Source: an uncultured Bdellovibrionales bacterium
GTDB lineage: Bacteria; Patescibacteriota; Minisyncoccia; Moranbacterales; UBA1568
Assembly: GCA_964451495.1 (NCBI GenBank)
Contig: CAYVHS010000002.1
Span: 5,932-69,931, forward strand
Length of the DNA stretch: 64,000 nucleotides
Direction: 5' to 3'
The notes under the pieces were generated by a model that saw only the letters and a program-made list of their open reading frames with translations, had not been told where the DNA came from and made no database searches. Positions within the stretch are counted from its first letter, which is position 1; each line of letters starts with the position of its first letter. Positions 1 through 9,799 of this stretch are shown in pieces. The translations under genes were made by a program, and so were the position numbers.

Positions 1-219
1 CTCCCAGATGGTAATGCTGAATTCACCCGAAAAATGGGTATGCTCGTCAAGAAAGAAAACTTGGGCTTCGGCGACCGATCTTGGCGCTACAGTATGTATG
101 TCGAAAATGGCATTATCAAAAAACTCTTCGCTGAAAAAGGTTTTATGGACAACTGTCCAGATGATCCATTCGAAGTAAGCGACGTCGATACGATGCTCGA
201 GTTTCTCAAAAGTCTTTAA
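1..219 (+). CDS. peroxiredoxin (Prx5-like, AhpC/TSA family), C-terminal part; 5' end lies outside the window
   Basis: Reading frame is open from nt 1 ([15 protein letters not shown]...). The tail [36 protein letters not shown] matches the conserved C-terminus of Prx5-type peroxiredoxins. Confidence 0.6.
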   Translation, partial: LPDGNAEFTRKMGMLVKKENLGFGDRSWRYSMYVENGIIKKLFAEKGFMDNCPDDPFEVSDVDTMLEFLKSL

Positions 220-230
220 AGCACACAAAA

Positions 231-263
231 AACACCCTTCGATAGACTCAGGGTGTTTTTTTA
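231..263. terminator. bidirectional intrinsic terminator between convergent genes
   Basis: Hairpin AACACCCT-(11 nt loop)-AGGGTGTT flanked by an A-run upstream and a T-run downstream. It sits between the peroxiredoxin stop (219) and the stop of the minus-strand oxidoreductase (269). Confidence 0.6.
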
Positions 264-268
264 TCTAC

Positions 269-1519
269 CTATTCTTTCTTGGCCGCTTCTTCTCCTGCTA
301 CGTATCCGGTGGTCCAACACAACTGTAAACTATATCCGCCCGATGGACGATCGATATCGAGCATGTCCCCGATAATATACAGATTCGAGTAAAGCCGTGA
401 TTGCATCGTTTTACAATCAACCTCCGAAAGTTTCACGCCGCCGCTTGTCACGATAGCCTTGTCCACACCGAGAAAACCACTCACCACCATCGGTAGACGA
501 TGCATGAGCCGTCCGATAGCAAGACGCTCCTCACGACTCACCGTATTCACTGATTTCTCTGGATCAATACTCGAGAGCTTTAGAATAACCAAAGCGACTG
601 ATGGCCGCAAAAAATCCCCCAACGCATTTTTTAATCTTTTTTTCTGATGTTCCAGAAAAGTCTGCTGTATTTTTTTATCCAGCGCACCCGCATCCACTCC
701 TGGCGCAAAGTCAAACGCTATCTCCACCTCTCCATACTTGGCTAATTCTTTCACATCCCGACTCATATTGAGTACTGCCGGACCGCTCAATCCAAAATGC
801 GTAAAGAGAATTTTTCCTTTGCGCGTGAAATGCTTTTTCCCATTCTGGAAGACAGAAAGTTTCGCGTCATCAAAACTGAGTCCCGAAAGATCTCGCACCC
901 AGGTATCACGTATTTTGATGGGTACAAGCGATGGCTCCGATTGGCGCACTGTATGATTCATCTGTTTCAAAAATTGAAATCCATCCCCGGTCGAACCCGT
1001 TTCCGGATGCGACGTACCACCCGTCGCCAAGATATACGAACGAGCAGTCAGTACTTCATTGCCACTGACACGTATTCCAATGATACCTCCTTCCTTCCTC
1101 TCGAATCCCTTTGCAACTATACCAAAACGAATACGGACTTTCCCCTCCTCCATATACCGACCAAGTGCCGCCCATACGGTCTCCGCTTTATTATCAGATG
1201 GGAAAACCCGACCTTCCGCTTCAGTCTTGGTCGCTATTCCACGCTCACGAAAAAACCGGAGCGTCTCCTCAACTCCAAAACGAGAAAAAGGTGAAAAAAG
1301 AAACTTCTTATCCTCTTTAAATCTACCAAAAAAATCAACGCTCGCATTGGTCATATTGCAGCGACCACCGCCAGTAATCAGTAATTTTTTTCCGAGCGAA
1401 AGATTCTTTTCAAGCAAAAGAACTGACGCGCCGCACTCGGCCGCCCGCCCTGCTGCCATCATCCCTGCCGGACCGCCGCCGATAACAATGACATCGTATT
1501 GATTTTTTTTCGTGTCCAC
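269..1519 (-). CDS. NAD(P)/FAD-dependent oxidoreductase, HI0933/BaiN-like flavoprotein family
   Basis: N-terminal Rossmann motif DVIVIGGGPAGMMAAGRAAECG, overall length about 415 aa, and a C-terminal GD..D motif typical of this flavoprotein family. Its start is 16 nt downstream of the EhrL-like stop. Confidence 0.7.
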   Translation of the reverse strand: MDTKKNQYDVIVIGGGPAGMMAAGRAAECGASVLLLEKNLSLGKKLLITGGGRCNMTNASVDFFGRFKEDKKFLFSPFSRFGVEETLRFFRERGIATKTEAEGRVFPSDNKAETVWAALGRYMEEGKVRIRFGIVAKGFERKEGGIIGIRVSGNEVLTARSYILATGGTSHPETGSTGDGFQFLKQMNHTVRQSEPSLVPIKIRDTWVRDLSGLSFDDAKLSVFQNGKKHFTRKGKILFTHFGLSGPAVLNMSRDVKELAKYGEVEIAFDFAPGVDAGALDKKIQQTFLEHQKKRLKNALGDFLRPSVALVILKLSSIDPEKSVNTVSREERLAIGRLMHRLPMVVSGFLGVDKAIVTSGGVKLSEVDCKTMQSRLYSNLYIIGDMLDIDRPSGGYSLQLCWTTGYVAGEEAAKKE

Positions 1520-1535
1520 AAAGATGTGTACGGCA

Positions 1536-3125
1536 TTACAAATCGTTTCCCGTGTAAGAAAGATTGAAGCTTTTGTTGATAAGAGGAAAATCCGGAACGA
1601 CGTCGTGTGTCACTGTATACGGAACAACTTGCCAATTAAGAAAAGATGGGTCACGTACTTTGACCCGAGCAATAGCCCCCGTATTATCCGTAACGATGAA
1701 ATAGACAATATCGCCACGAAAACCCTCAGTAATACCCACCGCGTGAGCATCAGATGGCAACATAGGAAGCACAACAGAGATATCATCCTTACAGTGAGGC
1801 AAGAGCGTCAATGCCTGACTGAGTAGACGGAACGATTGATGAATCTCACGAATACGCACCCGGAAACGCGCATATACATCTCCTGTGTGTTCGGTAGAGA
1901 TGCTCCACTGCATCTCCTGATAGGCCGCGTACGGGAAATCCGAGCGAGCATCGATTTCTTGGCCGGTCGCGCGAGCAGGAACTCCTACAGCACCATGATC
2001 GTGGCCAACCTTGGCATCGAGCGTTCCTGTTCCTCTTAAGCGATTGAGCACTGAATCAGTTTCTTTGGCTATCTCTTCGACTTCCATGAAATCTTTTTCT
2101 AAAATCTCCAAATCATCTTGAAAAAGATGAGCAGTTTCATTATCAATATCCCGCGAAACTCCTCCGGGTACGATGACTCCACGCAGAAACCGGCTCCCTG
2201 TCAGTTTTTCATTCCACTGCATGATACGCTCACGCAAACGAGTACCATGACTCCCGCCGAAACTAAATCCGGTATCGAGCATGATGAACGCTATATCATT
2301 CAGATGATTCGCAAGTCGCTCCAGCTCTGCATACACGACACGGAGCAAAAGCGCTCGCCTTGGCACTTCTGTCTGGGTCATCGCTTCGAGCGCCTGTACA
2401 AATGCTAACGCGTGATGATACGAGCTATCACCAGAAATACGCTCAGAAAGTTCCAATTTCTTTTCAAAGGACAATGTCTCAAAAAGTTTTTCCGTCCCCT
2501 TGTGAACATATCCAAGTCGCGGCTCGAGACGAAGAATTTCTTCGCCCAGTACACTAAAACGGAAGTGTCCCGGTTCGATAATACCTGCATGTACTGGACC
2601 GACAGGAATTTCATAAACCCCCTCTCCTTCAAATTTCTGCATTTCTGGCATCTTTTTTCCGATGGGCGTCTCTACTTTGGTGTTCCATGCGAACTCCTTC
2701 AAAAGCGGATGGATATTCTCTGAAAAATTCTCTTCATGAAGAATGATACGATCCGCCTTAGGATGCCCCATCGGAAGTAAACCGAAAAACGTCTTCACTT
2801 CCTGCTCATAGACCGCAAATTCATGATCAAATGATGTGAGCGATGGGAACGCCTTGATATACTGGTCAACAACAATAAACGGAACAAGAAATATATTTTC
2901 CTTGGGGACACCAAAAACGTAGTGGATACGGAATACTCCGCGTGCTGCACGCTCGTCTGTCGCAGCCATGGTCTTGAGAGGCAATTGATGGTCGTGCTTG
3001 AGTATTTTCACGACATGAAGGAGTGTCTCATCTGGTACCTCAAAAAGAATAACATTCCCCTCCTGGAAGGCTTGAAATTTCTCGAGGCCAAAACGCGAAA
3101 GAATACTTGGTGTTGCTTCGGACAT
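1536..3125 (-). CDS. NuoC-NuoD/HycE-like fused large subunit of a complex-I / group-4 hydrogenase-like module, with the [NiFe]-ligating cysteines replaced (EhrL-like)
   Basis: The N-terminal ~150 aa are NuoC-like. The remainder shows group-4 large-subunit similarity (GPVHAGIIEPGHFRF, RLEPRLGYVHKGTEKL). The L1 motif is ERISGDSSYHH where [NiFe] enzymes carry RxCGxCxxxH. The C-terminus is SFNLSYTGNDL where they carry DPCxxCxxR. Confidence 0.75.
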   Translation of the reverse strand: MSEATPSILSRFGLEKFQAFQEGNVILFEVPDETLLHVVKILKHDHQLPLKTMAATDERAARGVFRIHYVFGVPKENIFLVPFIVVDQYIKAFPSLTSFDHEFAVYEQEVKTFFGLLPMGHPKADRIILHEENFSENIHPLLKEFAWNTKVETPIGKKMPEMQKFEGEGVYEIPVGPVHAGIIEPGHFRFSVLGEEILRLEPRLGYVHKGTEKLFETLSFEKKLELSERISGDSSYHHALAFVQALEAMTQTEVPRRALLLRVVYAELERLANHLNDIAFIMLDTGFSFGGSHGTRLRERIMQWNEKLTGSRFLRGVIVPGGVSRDIDNETAHLFQDDLEILEKDFMEVEEIAKETDSVLNRLRGTGTLDAKVGHDHGAVGVPARATGQEIDARSDFPYAAYQEMQWSISTEHTGDVYARFRVRIREIHQSFRLLSQALTLLPHCKDDISVVLPMLPSDAHAVGITEGFRGDIVYFIVTDNTGAIARVKVRDPSFLNWQVVPYTVTHDVVPDFPLINKSFNLSYTGNDL

Positions 3126-3141
3126 AGATATTATATATTTG

Positions 3142-4596
3142 CTAGAGATTGGGTGATATCACGACTGCAGCTGCATCAATCAGCGATCGTAGAGATTCTG
3201 GAAAATAAAAACTGAGGACAATAATAAGGGCAGCCAGAAGGAGGAGTGGTATCTGTGTCAAAAGGTTAGATTCACCACTCTCGACACCTTCGGGGATAGC
3301 ACCGAAAAGCATAGCAGAAACGTGTCGGAAAAAACCAAAGAAAACAACTGCCAACGCAAAGAGGGCCATTCCCACAACCCAAGCGTACGCCCCCATACCA
3401 GAAGAAAATATGAGCATTTTGGTCGCGAACGTACCAAAGGGTGGCATTCCAACAATGGCAAAGACTGCCCCGAAAAAAAGTGGTCCGGTCAATGGCAACG
3501 CTGACAGAACGCCAGAAATATTTTTCATTTTTGTCGAGCTATAGCGGAGAAAAATATTTCCTGCTGAAAAAAAGAGGAGTGTCTTCATCAATGAATGGTA
3601 CAACATGTGCATAATAGCCGCGACCGTCCCAAAACCACCAAAACCAATACCAAGTGCGATGACGCCCATATGTTCGATACTCGAATACGCGAGCAAGCGT
3701 TTATAGCTCCGCTGTACAAAAATAATCAGCGCAGCAAGAATAACTGAAGCAAGTCCGAAATATATAAGGAGCGCTGAAGCAAATGCGGGACCGACCGCAA
3801 TATCCACAACTCCCTTGAAGCGGAGTACGGCCACAAGCGCCACGTTGAGCAAGACTCCTGACAGAAGCGCCGAAATAGGAGACGGTGCCTTGCTATGGGC
3901 ATCGGGCAGCCATGTATGCATCGGAACGAAACCAACTTTTGTCCCATATCCTACCAAGATGAAAATGAATGCGATTTTTACTGCGATTGGATTCATTCCC
4001 GAGGCTGTCTCGTGCAACATACTCCATGTAAGTGACCCCGTCCGAGCTTCAGGCAAAGCGAGGAACAACAGCGTACCAAGGAGAGAGAGGAGTAGTCCTA
4101 GCGAATTGATAATCAAATATTTCCAAGCTGCTTCCGTCGCCGATGGCTTGTTATAAAAACTAATAAGAAATGCCGTAGAAAGTGTCGTCGCTTCGATAGA
4201 TATCCACATGACTATCGGGTTAATAGTCGACACAGCGAGTGACATAGCAAAAAGGAAAAACTCAAGCAACAAGAAAAATTGCCGGACACGACTCGGGCCG
4301 ATAATATCTTTCTTCACCTCGGCGCGCAGGTATCCAATCGCATAGAGACTGACAAAAAATCCCGAAAGCGTAATAAGGAGGAGCATAAACACCCCGAAGG
4401 CATCGACCGAAAAAAATGTCGAAGCTTTGAAGTATCCATCCGCTAGCACGCTTGGTATAAGCACCATAACGAGCGAAAGGGCAATGAGAGAAGAGAGAAG
4501 AGACGCTCCTTCGATAAACCGAGTCTGTTTGGCCCGCATAAACGCAATGAAACAAGCAGCGAGAAGTGGTGCAGAAATGAGGAAAATAAATATCAT
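3142..4596 (-). CDS. complex I antiporter-like membrane subunit (NuoM/NuoN/HyfF-like; EhrD-like)
   Basis: 484 aa polytopic membrane protein with the conserved Mrp/NuoLMN core (…WLPDAHSKAPSPISALL…). It lies in the operon between the HyfE-like and large-subunit genes. Confidence 0.7.
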   Translation of the reverse strand: MIFIFLISAPLLAACFIAFMRAKQTRFIEGASLLSSLIALSLVMVLIPSVLADGYFKASTFFSVDAFGVFMLLLITLSGFFVSLYAIGYLRAEVKKDIIGPSRVRQFFLLLEFFLFAMSLAVSTINPIVMWISIEATTLSTAFLISFYNKPSATEAAWKYLIINSLGLLLSLLGTLLFLALPEARTGSLTWSMLHETASGMNPIAVKIAFIFILVGYGTKVGFVPMHTWLPDAHSKAPSPISALLSGVLLNVALVAVLRFKGVVDIAVGPAFASALLIYFGLASVILAALIIFVQRSYKRLLAYSSIEHMGVIALGIGFGGFGTVAAIMHMLYHSLMKTLLFFSAGNIFLRYSSTKMKNISGVLSALPLTGPLFFGAVFAIVGMPPFGTFATKMLIFSSGMGAYAWVVGMALFALAVVFFGFFRHVSAMLFGAIPEGVESGESNLLTQIPLLLLAALIIVLSFYFPESLRSLIDAAAVVISPNL

Positions 4597-4600
4597 AAGG

Positions 4601-5263
4601 TTAGTTTTCTTCAGTAAGATGTCTTAACTCGCCCGTATCAAGTGATCCAAATTGGCGATGAATCATCCCAATAAAAGCACTCCCGATAGCAATCCAAACA
4701 ACAATATCAAAAATAATACCCATCTCAAGAGCGAGGGGTTGTTCGATACCAACGAAAGACGCCAGGAGAACAATGCCATTCTCAAGCGAAAGCACACCAA
4801 TCATCTGAGTAAAGGCTCCCTTGCGATTAATCATGAGAAAAATCGAGGTAAAGATAATGGCGAGATTCAAAGAAATTGAACCAAGTGCCTGTGGCCAAAG
4901 ACCCGTAAGAGGCAAAAAAACTCGCGAGTAAGAAAAAAATACCAGTCCCATAAGAACTATGAATGTGAATGGCATCGAAAGATAGCTACTAGCAGATCCT
5001 TGAGTACCGAAACGGCGTAGCAGCCGAGAAAAGAAAATCGGAACTGCTACTGCTTTGATAAAAAACGTCAGGAGACCGACCAACACAAGACTCTGCTCAT
5101 TCTCTGCAATACCCGCACCACAAAGCAGTAGCCCTACAGCGGCCGATTGCAAGGCATAAAATCGAATAAGGGCTTTGTTTCGCTTAGCGAGATGCATAAA
5201 AATCGCGGCGAGAAAAGCAATAAGGTCAAGAAAAAAGAAAATTTCTACGAAGTGCTCAAACAT
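4601..5263 (-). CDS. HyfE/NuoK-like small membrane subunit (EhrC-like)
   Basis: 220 aa, multiple TM helices; size and hydropathy are like hydrogenase-4 component E. Its position in the operon supports the call. Confidence 0.5.
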   Translation of the reverse strand: MFEHFVEIFFFLDLIAFLAAIFMHLAKRNKALIRFYALQSAAVGLLLCGAGIAENEQSLVLVGLLTFFIKAVAVPIFFSRLLRRFGTQGSASSYLSMPFTFIVLMGLVFFSYSRVFLPLTGLWPQALGSISLNLAIIFTSIFLMINRKGAFTQMIGVLSLENGIVLLASFVGIEQPLALEMGIIFDIVVWIAIGSAFIGMIHRQFGSLDTGELRHLTEEN

Positions 5264-5395
5264 ACCGGGTAGTGAAACTTCAAATGTGAATTATATCAGA
5301 CTGCCTCATACGACTATATATTCTATTTCTCTTGAGATACTTCATAAGTTTTTTCTTACATGATTTTTGAAGCTCTACTACCGGGCATAAAATCT

Positions 5396-6403
5396 TTAAA
5401 ATGTAATAATGACACCGAGAGCAATCACTCCAAGCACAAATGATGTAAACAAGAGATCGGGCACACGGAAAATGCGAAACTTCGCCATAGTCGATTCAAT
5501 AAACGAGATGCTCCATAAGAGCGTGAGTGCTTTCAAGATAAAAAGAGTCGCAGAAAAAAACAATACCCCAAAAGTAGCAGTATCAAGACGAGCAGCCAAA
5601 CCCCATGGAAAGAAAATATTCGCCCCAAGCGCGATAAAAATAAGTAGCTTGTTCGCAGCTGCCCACTCCATAAGAGCAAGGCGCTTACCAGAATATTCGA
5701 GAATCATTGCCTCATGAATCATCGTCAACTCGAGATGAGTCGACGGGTTATCTACAGGGAAACGTCCATTTTCTGCCAAAAGAGCAATGAAAAATCCAAA
5801 AAACGCAATAAAGAGGGGCATGTATGATTGAAAAGGAAGTATCGACAGACGCTCGGCTATCATCATGACATTGCCGTTTTCTGCTGCCATCGATGCGACC
5901 AAAAGAGCAAAGAAAAGTCCTCCTTCGGCCAGGGCTGCCATAGTCATTTCGCGACTCGAACCGAACCCTCCAAAACCACTTCCACTATCTATTCCCGCGA
6001 GAGCCAGGAAAAATGTAGAGAGAGCGAAAAGATATATTATAACAATAAAATCCCCTGTCGGAACGAATGAAAGCACGCTTCTATCACCTATAGAAAGTGA
6101 CGGTGCAACGGTTGTGATAACCGGAATACTCGCACCGACAACCAGCGTCACAGCAAATATAAGATAGGGTGAAAAACGAAATATCCATGAAGCATCAGCA
6201 GAAATCACTTCGTCTTTTCCAAAAAGTTTTCGGAGGTCAGCATACGGCTGAAAAATACTTGCGCCGACACGATTCTGCATACGAGCTTTTGCTTTCCGTA
6301 TAACACCGATACACAACGGTGAAAAAATCGGGACGAGAGCGAGTTGCAGAATAAAAATAAGTATACTCATCATATGAAAGTCATTAATGGGTCGCCCAAA
6401 CAA
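5396..6403 (-). CDS. NuoH/HycD-like membrane subunit (EhrB-like)
   Basis: 335 aa polytopic protein with NuoH/HycD-like features (…FQPYADLRKLFGKDE…). It overlaps the upstream antiporter gene by 20 nt. Confidence 0.7.
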   Translation of the reverse strand: MFGRPINDFHMMSILIFILQLALVPIFSPLCIGVIRKAKARMQNRVGASIFQPYADLRKLFGKDEVISADASWIFRFSPYLIFAVTLVVGASIPVITTVAPSLSIGDRSVLSFVPTGDFIVIIYLFALSTFFLALAGIDSGSGFGGFGSSREMTMAALAEGGLFFALLVASMAAENGNVMMIAERLSILPFQSYMPLFIAFFGFFIALLAENGRFPVDNPSTHLELTMIHEAMILEYSGKRLALMEWAAANKLLIFIALGANIFFPWGLAARLDTATFGVLFFSATLFILKALTLLWSISFIESTMAKFRIFRVPDLLFTSFVLGVIALGVIITF

Positions 6404-8432
6404 GAAGAACTATCAGAGTAACAAAAACATACAGAAGATATACATTGATATTTCCTCCCTGGATACGCCTCGCTCGCGAAGCAACAAATGTTAGAGCTAT
6501 ACTCATGGGCCGATATAACATCTTCTGATACGGATCATGAAATATCGTCTTCACCTCTTGCGACTTGATGAAATAACGCGTATTTTCATCACGGTATTCT
6601 ACTTCTGTCTGACGGGTCGAACGGAGAACCCCGCGGAATATAGTCATAAGCGACCGAGAAAAGCTCGTTGCGGTAATCTCCATACGTGGCCCAAGTGGGG
6701 TACCACAATCCCATGTCGAAGCAATAGATACCTTGCGGGAACGAGTAAAAAATATCACGAGTCCCGTAGCAAAAATGAATATCGCGGACAAAGCGATGGC
6801 GGCGACATCAAGCGACAACACATTGGCAAATTCGCTCCGCGCATCAATAAATTCCATAAAGGGAAACGCAAGCGTGAGCGGTTGTATCAGGCCAATGCTT
6901 GCGACCACGCCAACCAGTGCAGCAATAATGTACGTAGAAAAAATACCCAAAAGGAGAGTAAGTAAAGCCAACGTCCCCATAGCTATGAGCATGGGCCATG
7001 GAGACTCATGTCTACGTTCTGTCTCTTCAGTTCTCGGACGAGCAAGAAACGTCACCCCAAACGCTTTCACAAAACATGCAGCCGCTAACCCACCAGTAAA
7101 CACGAGACTAGCAATAGCAAAAATAAATACCGATTTCACTATGACACTGACGGAACCGATACCAACAAAAAGCGCCTGAAATGTAAGCCATTCACTCGCA
7201 AAGCCATTGAAGGGAGGGAAGGCAGAAATAGCCAGTGATCCGATAAGAAAAAAGAATGAAGTGAAAGGGAGTACCTTGATAAGCCCTCCGTATTCTTCCA
7301 TATTACGCGTCCCCGTCGCCGAAACTACTGAACCAGCAGCCAAAAAGAGGAGTGACTTGAAGATAGCATGATTCAATGTGTGATAAAGCGCCGCCGCCAG
7401 AGCAAAAAGAGCAAAATTCTGGAACCCAAGACTAAAAAATGTCAGTGCAGCACCAAACCCGAGCAAAATAATGCCAATATTCTCGACACTATGATAAGCG
7501 AGCAAGCGCTTCAGATCATGTTCGGAAAGCGCGTACAATACGCCGAGAATCGACGAAAGTCCTCCTAGAACTAAAAAGGCTAGTCCCCACTCAATCTGAG
7601 CGACAGGGAAAAAATCGAAAAAGAAACGGATAAACATAAATATAGCCGTCTTGATCATGACTCCTGACATAAGAGCCGATACATGAGAAGGCGCTGCTGG
7701 GTGAGCCTCTGGTAACCAGATATGCAAAGGAATCATACCGGCCTTAGTACCAAAACCAACCAGTACGGCGAAGAAAATAATCCCCTGCATCAGAGGCGCG
7801 ATGGCACCAGCTCCTGCTCGCCACTCATCAAAACTAAACGAGCCCGTTGCTTGGTACGCCAAGAAGAAAGCTAACATAATAAAGGCGGTCCCAAAATGAG
7901 TCATCAAGAGATAGAGGAATCCGGCTTTGATATTTTCAGCCTTACGATACTCAAAAACAACCAGGAAATACGATGCCAGTGACATGATTTCCCAAACAAG
8001 GAGAAAGAAAAGAGCCTGATTGGCAAGCGTCACCAATATGAGACTCCCTATAAACGCATTATAAAAAAATCCGAATACTCCCAACCGGTATTTTCCATAA
8101 AAATGTTTCTGGTACGAAAAGCCGTACAGAGACGCGACAGAAGCAACAAGCGAAATGATACCAAGAAAAAAAGCCGAAAGTGCATCCAGACGAAACTCAT
8201 ATACGAATCCTGAAAAGGTCGACGGCAGAATAAAGGCAATTCCTTGCCCAGAAAAAAGTACTCCCACTGATAGAGCGAGAGCGAGCAGCGACCCCAGAAG
8301 CGCCAAACCATGTGACCAAAAACCAGCCATCCGTCCACCAAAAAGACGATCAAGAAACAAAGCACCAACACCGCCCACTAAAAAAAGAGTGACGAGCAAA
8401 AGTATACTAGCTGGGGAAAGGAGAAAGTCCAT
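6384..8432 (-). CDS. NuoL/HyfB-like antiporter subunit (EhrA-like)
   Basis: 682 aa with the NuoL/HyfB signature (…HIWLPEAHPAAPSHVSALMSGVMIK…) and a long C-terminal extension as in NuoL/HyfB. Confidence 0.75.
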   Translation of the reverse strand: MDFLLSPASILLLVTLFLVGGVGALFLDRLFGGRMAGFWSHGLALLGSLLALALSVGVLFSGQGIAFILPSTFSGFVYEFRLDALSAFFLGIISLVASVASLYGFSYQKHFYGKYRLGVFGFFYNAFIGSLILVTLANQALFFLLVWEIMSLASYFLVVFEYRKAENIKAGFLYLLMTHFGTAFIMLAFFLAYQATGSFSFDEWRAGAGAIAPLMQGIIFFAVLVGFGTKAGMIPLHIWLPEAHPAAPSHVSALMSGVMIKTAIFMFIRFFFDFFPVAQIEWGLAFLVLGGLSSILGVLYALSEHDLKRLLAYHSVENIGIILLGFGAALTFFSLGFQNFALFALAAALYHTLNHAIFKSLLFLAAGSVVSATGTRNMEEYGGLIKVLPFTSFFFLIGSLAISAFPPFNGFASEWLTFQALFVGIGSVSVIVKSVFIFAIASLVFTGGLAAACFVKAFGVTFLARPRTEETERRHESPWPMLIAMGTLALLTLLLGIFSTYIIAALVGVVASIGLIQPLTLAFPFMEFIDARSEFANVLSLDVAAIALSAIFIFATGLVIFFTRSRKVSIASTWDCGTPLGPRMEITATSFSRSLMTIFRGVLRSTRQTEVEYRDENTRYFIKSQEVKTIFHDPYQKMLYRPMSIALTFVASRARRIQGGNINVYLLYVFVTLIVLLVWATH

Positions 8433-8438
8433 AGGTGA

Positions 8439-9035
8439 TTATTTTTCCGCTATAGTTTGTGATTCGATATCCCGAAGCATCTGAAACAATGCTGCAAGCA
8501 CTACTTTCGGTGACGGTGGATCCCCAGGAATCTTGAAATCAACAGGGATGACGTCTTCAACTCTATTGTAAATCGCGTATGAATCACGATACACTCCGCC
8601 ATGAATCGCACCGTCCCCCACTGCGACCACAATCTTGGGGGTCGGGGTGGCTTCATAGGTATGGCGTAACCCCTGAGCCATATTGCGCGATACGGGGCCA
8701 GTCACAAAGAGCATATCTGCATGCCGGGGAGACGCAACAAAATGAACACCAAAACGTTCAACATCATAGTATGCATTGGTAAGAGCGGTCAGTTCTTGCT
8801 CTTCAGCATTACTAGAACCGGCTGCTACCTGACGGATAGCGAGCGATCCACGGAAAAGCTTTCGTATAGATGCCTGTAGCTTTTCCCCTAATACCTCCGA
8901 ATCTAGTCCAAGAATCTCTTCTTCGGGGATAACCAACCTCGGAGTGGTGACAATTTTTCGGAGCAATGGATACATATGTAAAGCAAAACGAAAAAAAGAC
9001 CGCCGAGACTCTCGTATAGAATATGGCGGAAACAT
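8439..9035 (-). CDS. NuoB/hydrogenase-small-subunit-like protein lacking all four N2 Fe-S cysteines (EhrS-like)
   Basis: The NuoB-fold is recognisable (…FGVHFVASPRHADMLFVTGPVSRNM…KIVVAVGDGAIHGG…VDFKIPGDPPSP). However, the CCxxE motif is AAGSSNAEE, GxCxxxGG is GDGAIHGG and GCPP is GDPP. Confidence 0.7.
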   Translation of the reverse strand: MFPPYSIRESRRSFFRFALHMYPLLRKIVTTPRLVIPEEEILGLDSEVLGEKLQASIRKLFRGSLAIRQVAAGSSNAEEQELTALTNAYYDVERFGVHFVASPRHADMLFVTGPVSRNMAQGLRHTYEATPTPKIVVAVGDGAIHGGVYRDSYAIYNRVEDVIPVDFKIPGDPPSPKVVLAALFQMLRDIESQTIAEK

Positions 9036-9084
9036 TTCCTATCCTAGTACTTTTCACGCGCCTTGTCAAAACCCGAGTACTCCA

Positions 9085-9687
9085 TCAGACACTACGTCTT
9101 TTTTCCTTAATATACGAAAGGATTCCTGGCAAAAATGAAAGGAAAATAATCAAAAGCACGATAGGCAAAAGATACTTGTCCACATCTATAACACTGCCGA
9201 GCAAATACCCCAGCATCACCAGCGTGACCGTCCAAAGTAGCCCTCCTATCAAATTATAAAAAAAGAATACTCGGTACCGCATATTCCCGACGCCAGCTAC
9301 AATCGGCGCGAATGTACGGACTATTGGCATAAAGCGGGCAAGCACAATTGTTTTTGGCCCATGCTTTTCGTAAAAAGATTGTGCCCTGGTAGCGTGCGCC
9401 TTCTTAAAAATAAACGAGTCATCTTTGTTAAAAAGTTTTGGCCCGATTCGACGACCAAATTCATAACCAACCACATTACCCAGTACTGCCGAAATAAACA
9501 AACCAATAATCAGAATCGGCAAAGAAAAAAACTTCTGACCAGCCAACACACCCGCGACAAACAAAAGACTATCTCCTGGCAAAAAAAATCCCAAAAATAA
9601 ACCTGTTTCTGCGAATACGATAGAAAAAATCCCTGTATACCCGACCGTCTGAATCAGCGTCATCAAATCAATACCAAAAAAGCTCAT
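9085..9687 (-). CDS. DedA/SNARE-associated family membrane protein
   Basis: 200 aa with the DedA hallmark (…IFAETGLFLGFFLPGDSLLFVAGVLAG…). Confidence 0.75.
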   Translation of the reverse strand: MSFFGIDLMTLIQTVGYTGIFSIVFAETGLFLGFFLPGDSLLFVAGVLAGQKFFSLPILIIGLFISAVLGNVVGYEFGRRIGPKLFNKDDSFIFKKAHATRAQSFYEKHGPKTIVLARFMPIVRTFAPIVAGVGNMRYRVFFFYNLIGGLLWTVTLVMLGYLLGSVIDVDKYLLPIVLLIIFLSFLPGILSYIKEKRRSV

Positions 9688-9752
9688 ATATTCATCTTTA
9701 TAATGTAATCTTTACAAGTATAGCGGAAAAGTTGTAATTAAGAAAGAAAAAG

Positions 9753-9779
9753 CCGGCCTGTATAGGCCGGACATTTTTT
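9753..9779. terminator. intrinsic terminator downstream of rplL (hairpin with T-runs on both strands)
   Basis: CCGGCCT-GTAT-AGGCCGG stem-loop. The minus strand reads the hairpin followed by CTTTTTCTTTC. It lies 20 nt past the rplL stop. Confidence 0.65.
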
Positions 9780-9799
9780 CTTGGAACGTAGTCTCTTGC

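Noticed and set aside
797-1502. Plus-strand ORFs (165 aa and 147 aa) inside the FAD-oxidoreductase gene
   Set aside because: They are antisense to a gene with a clear Rossmann motif. They are Arg/Ser/Pro-rich and low-complexity.
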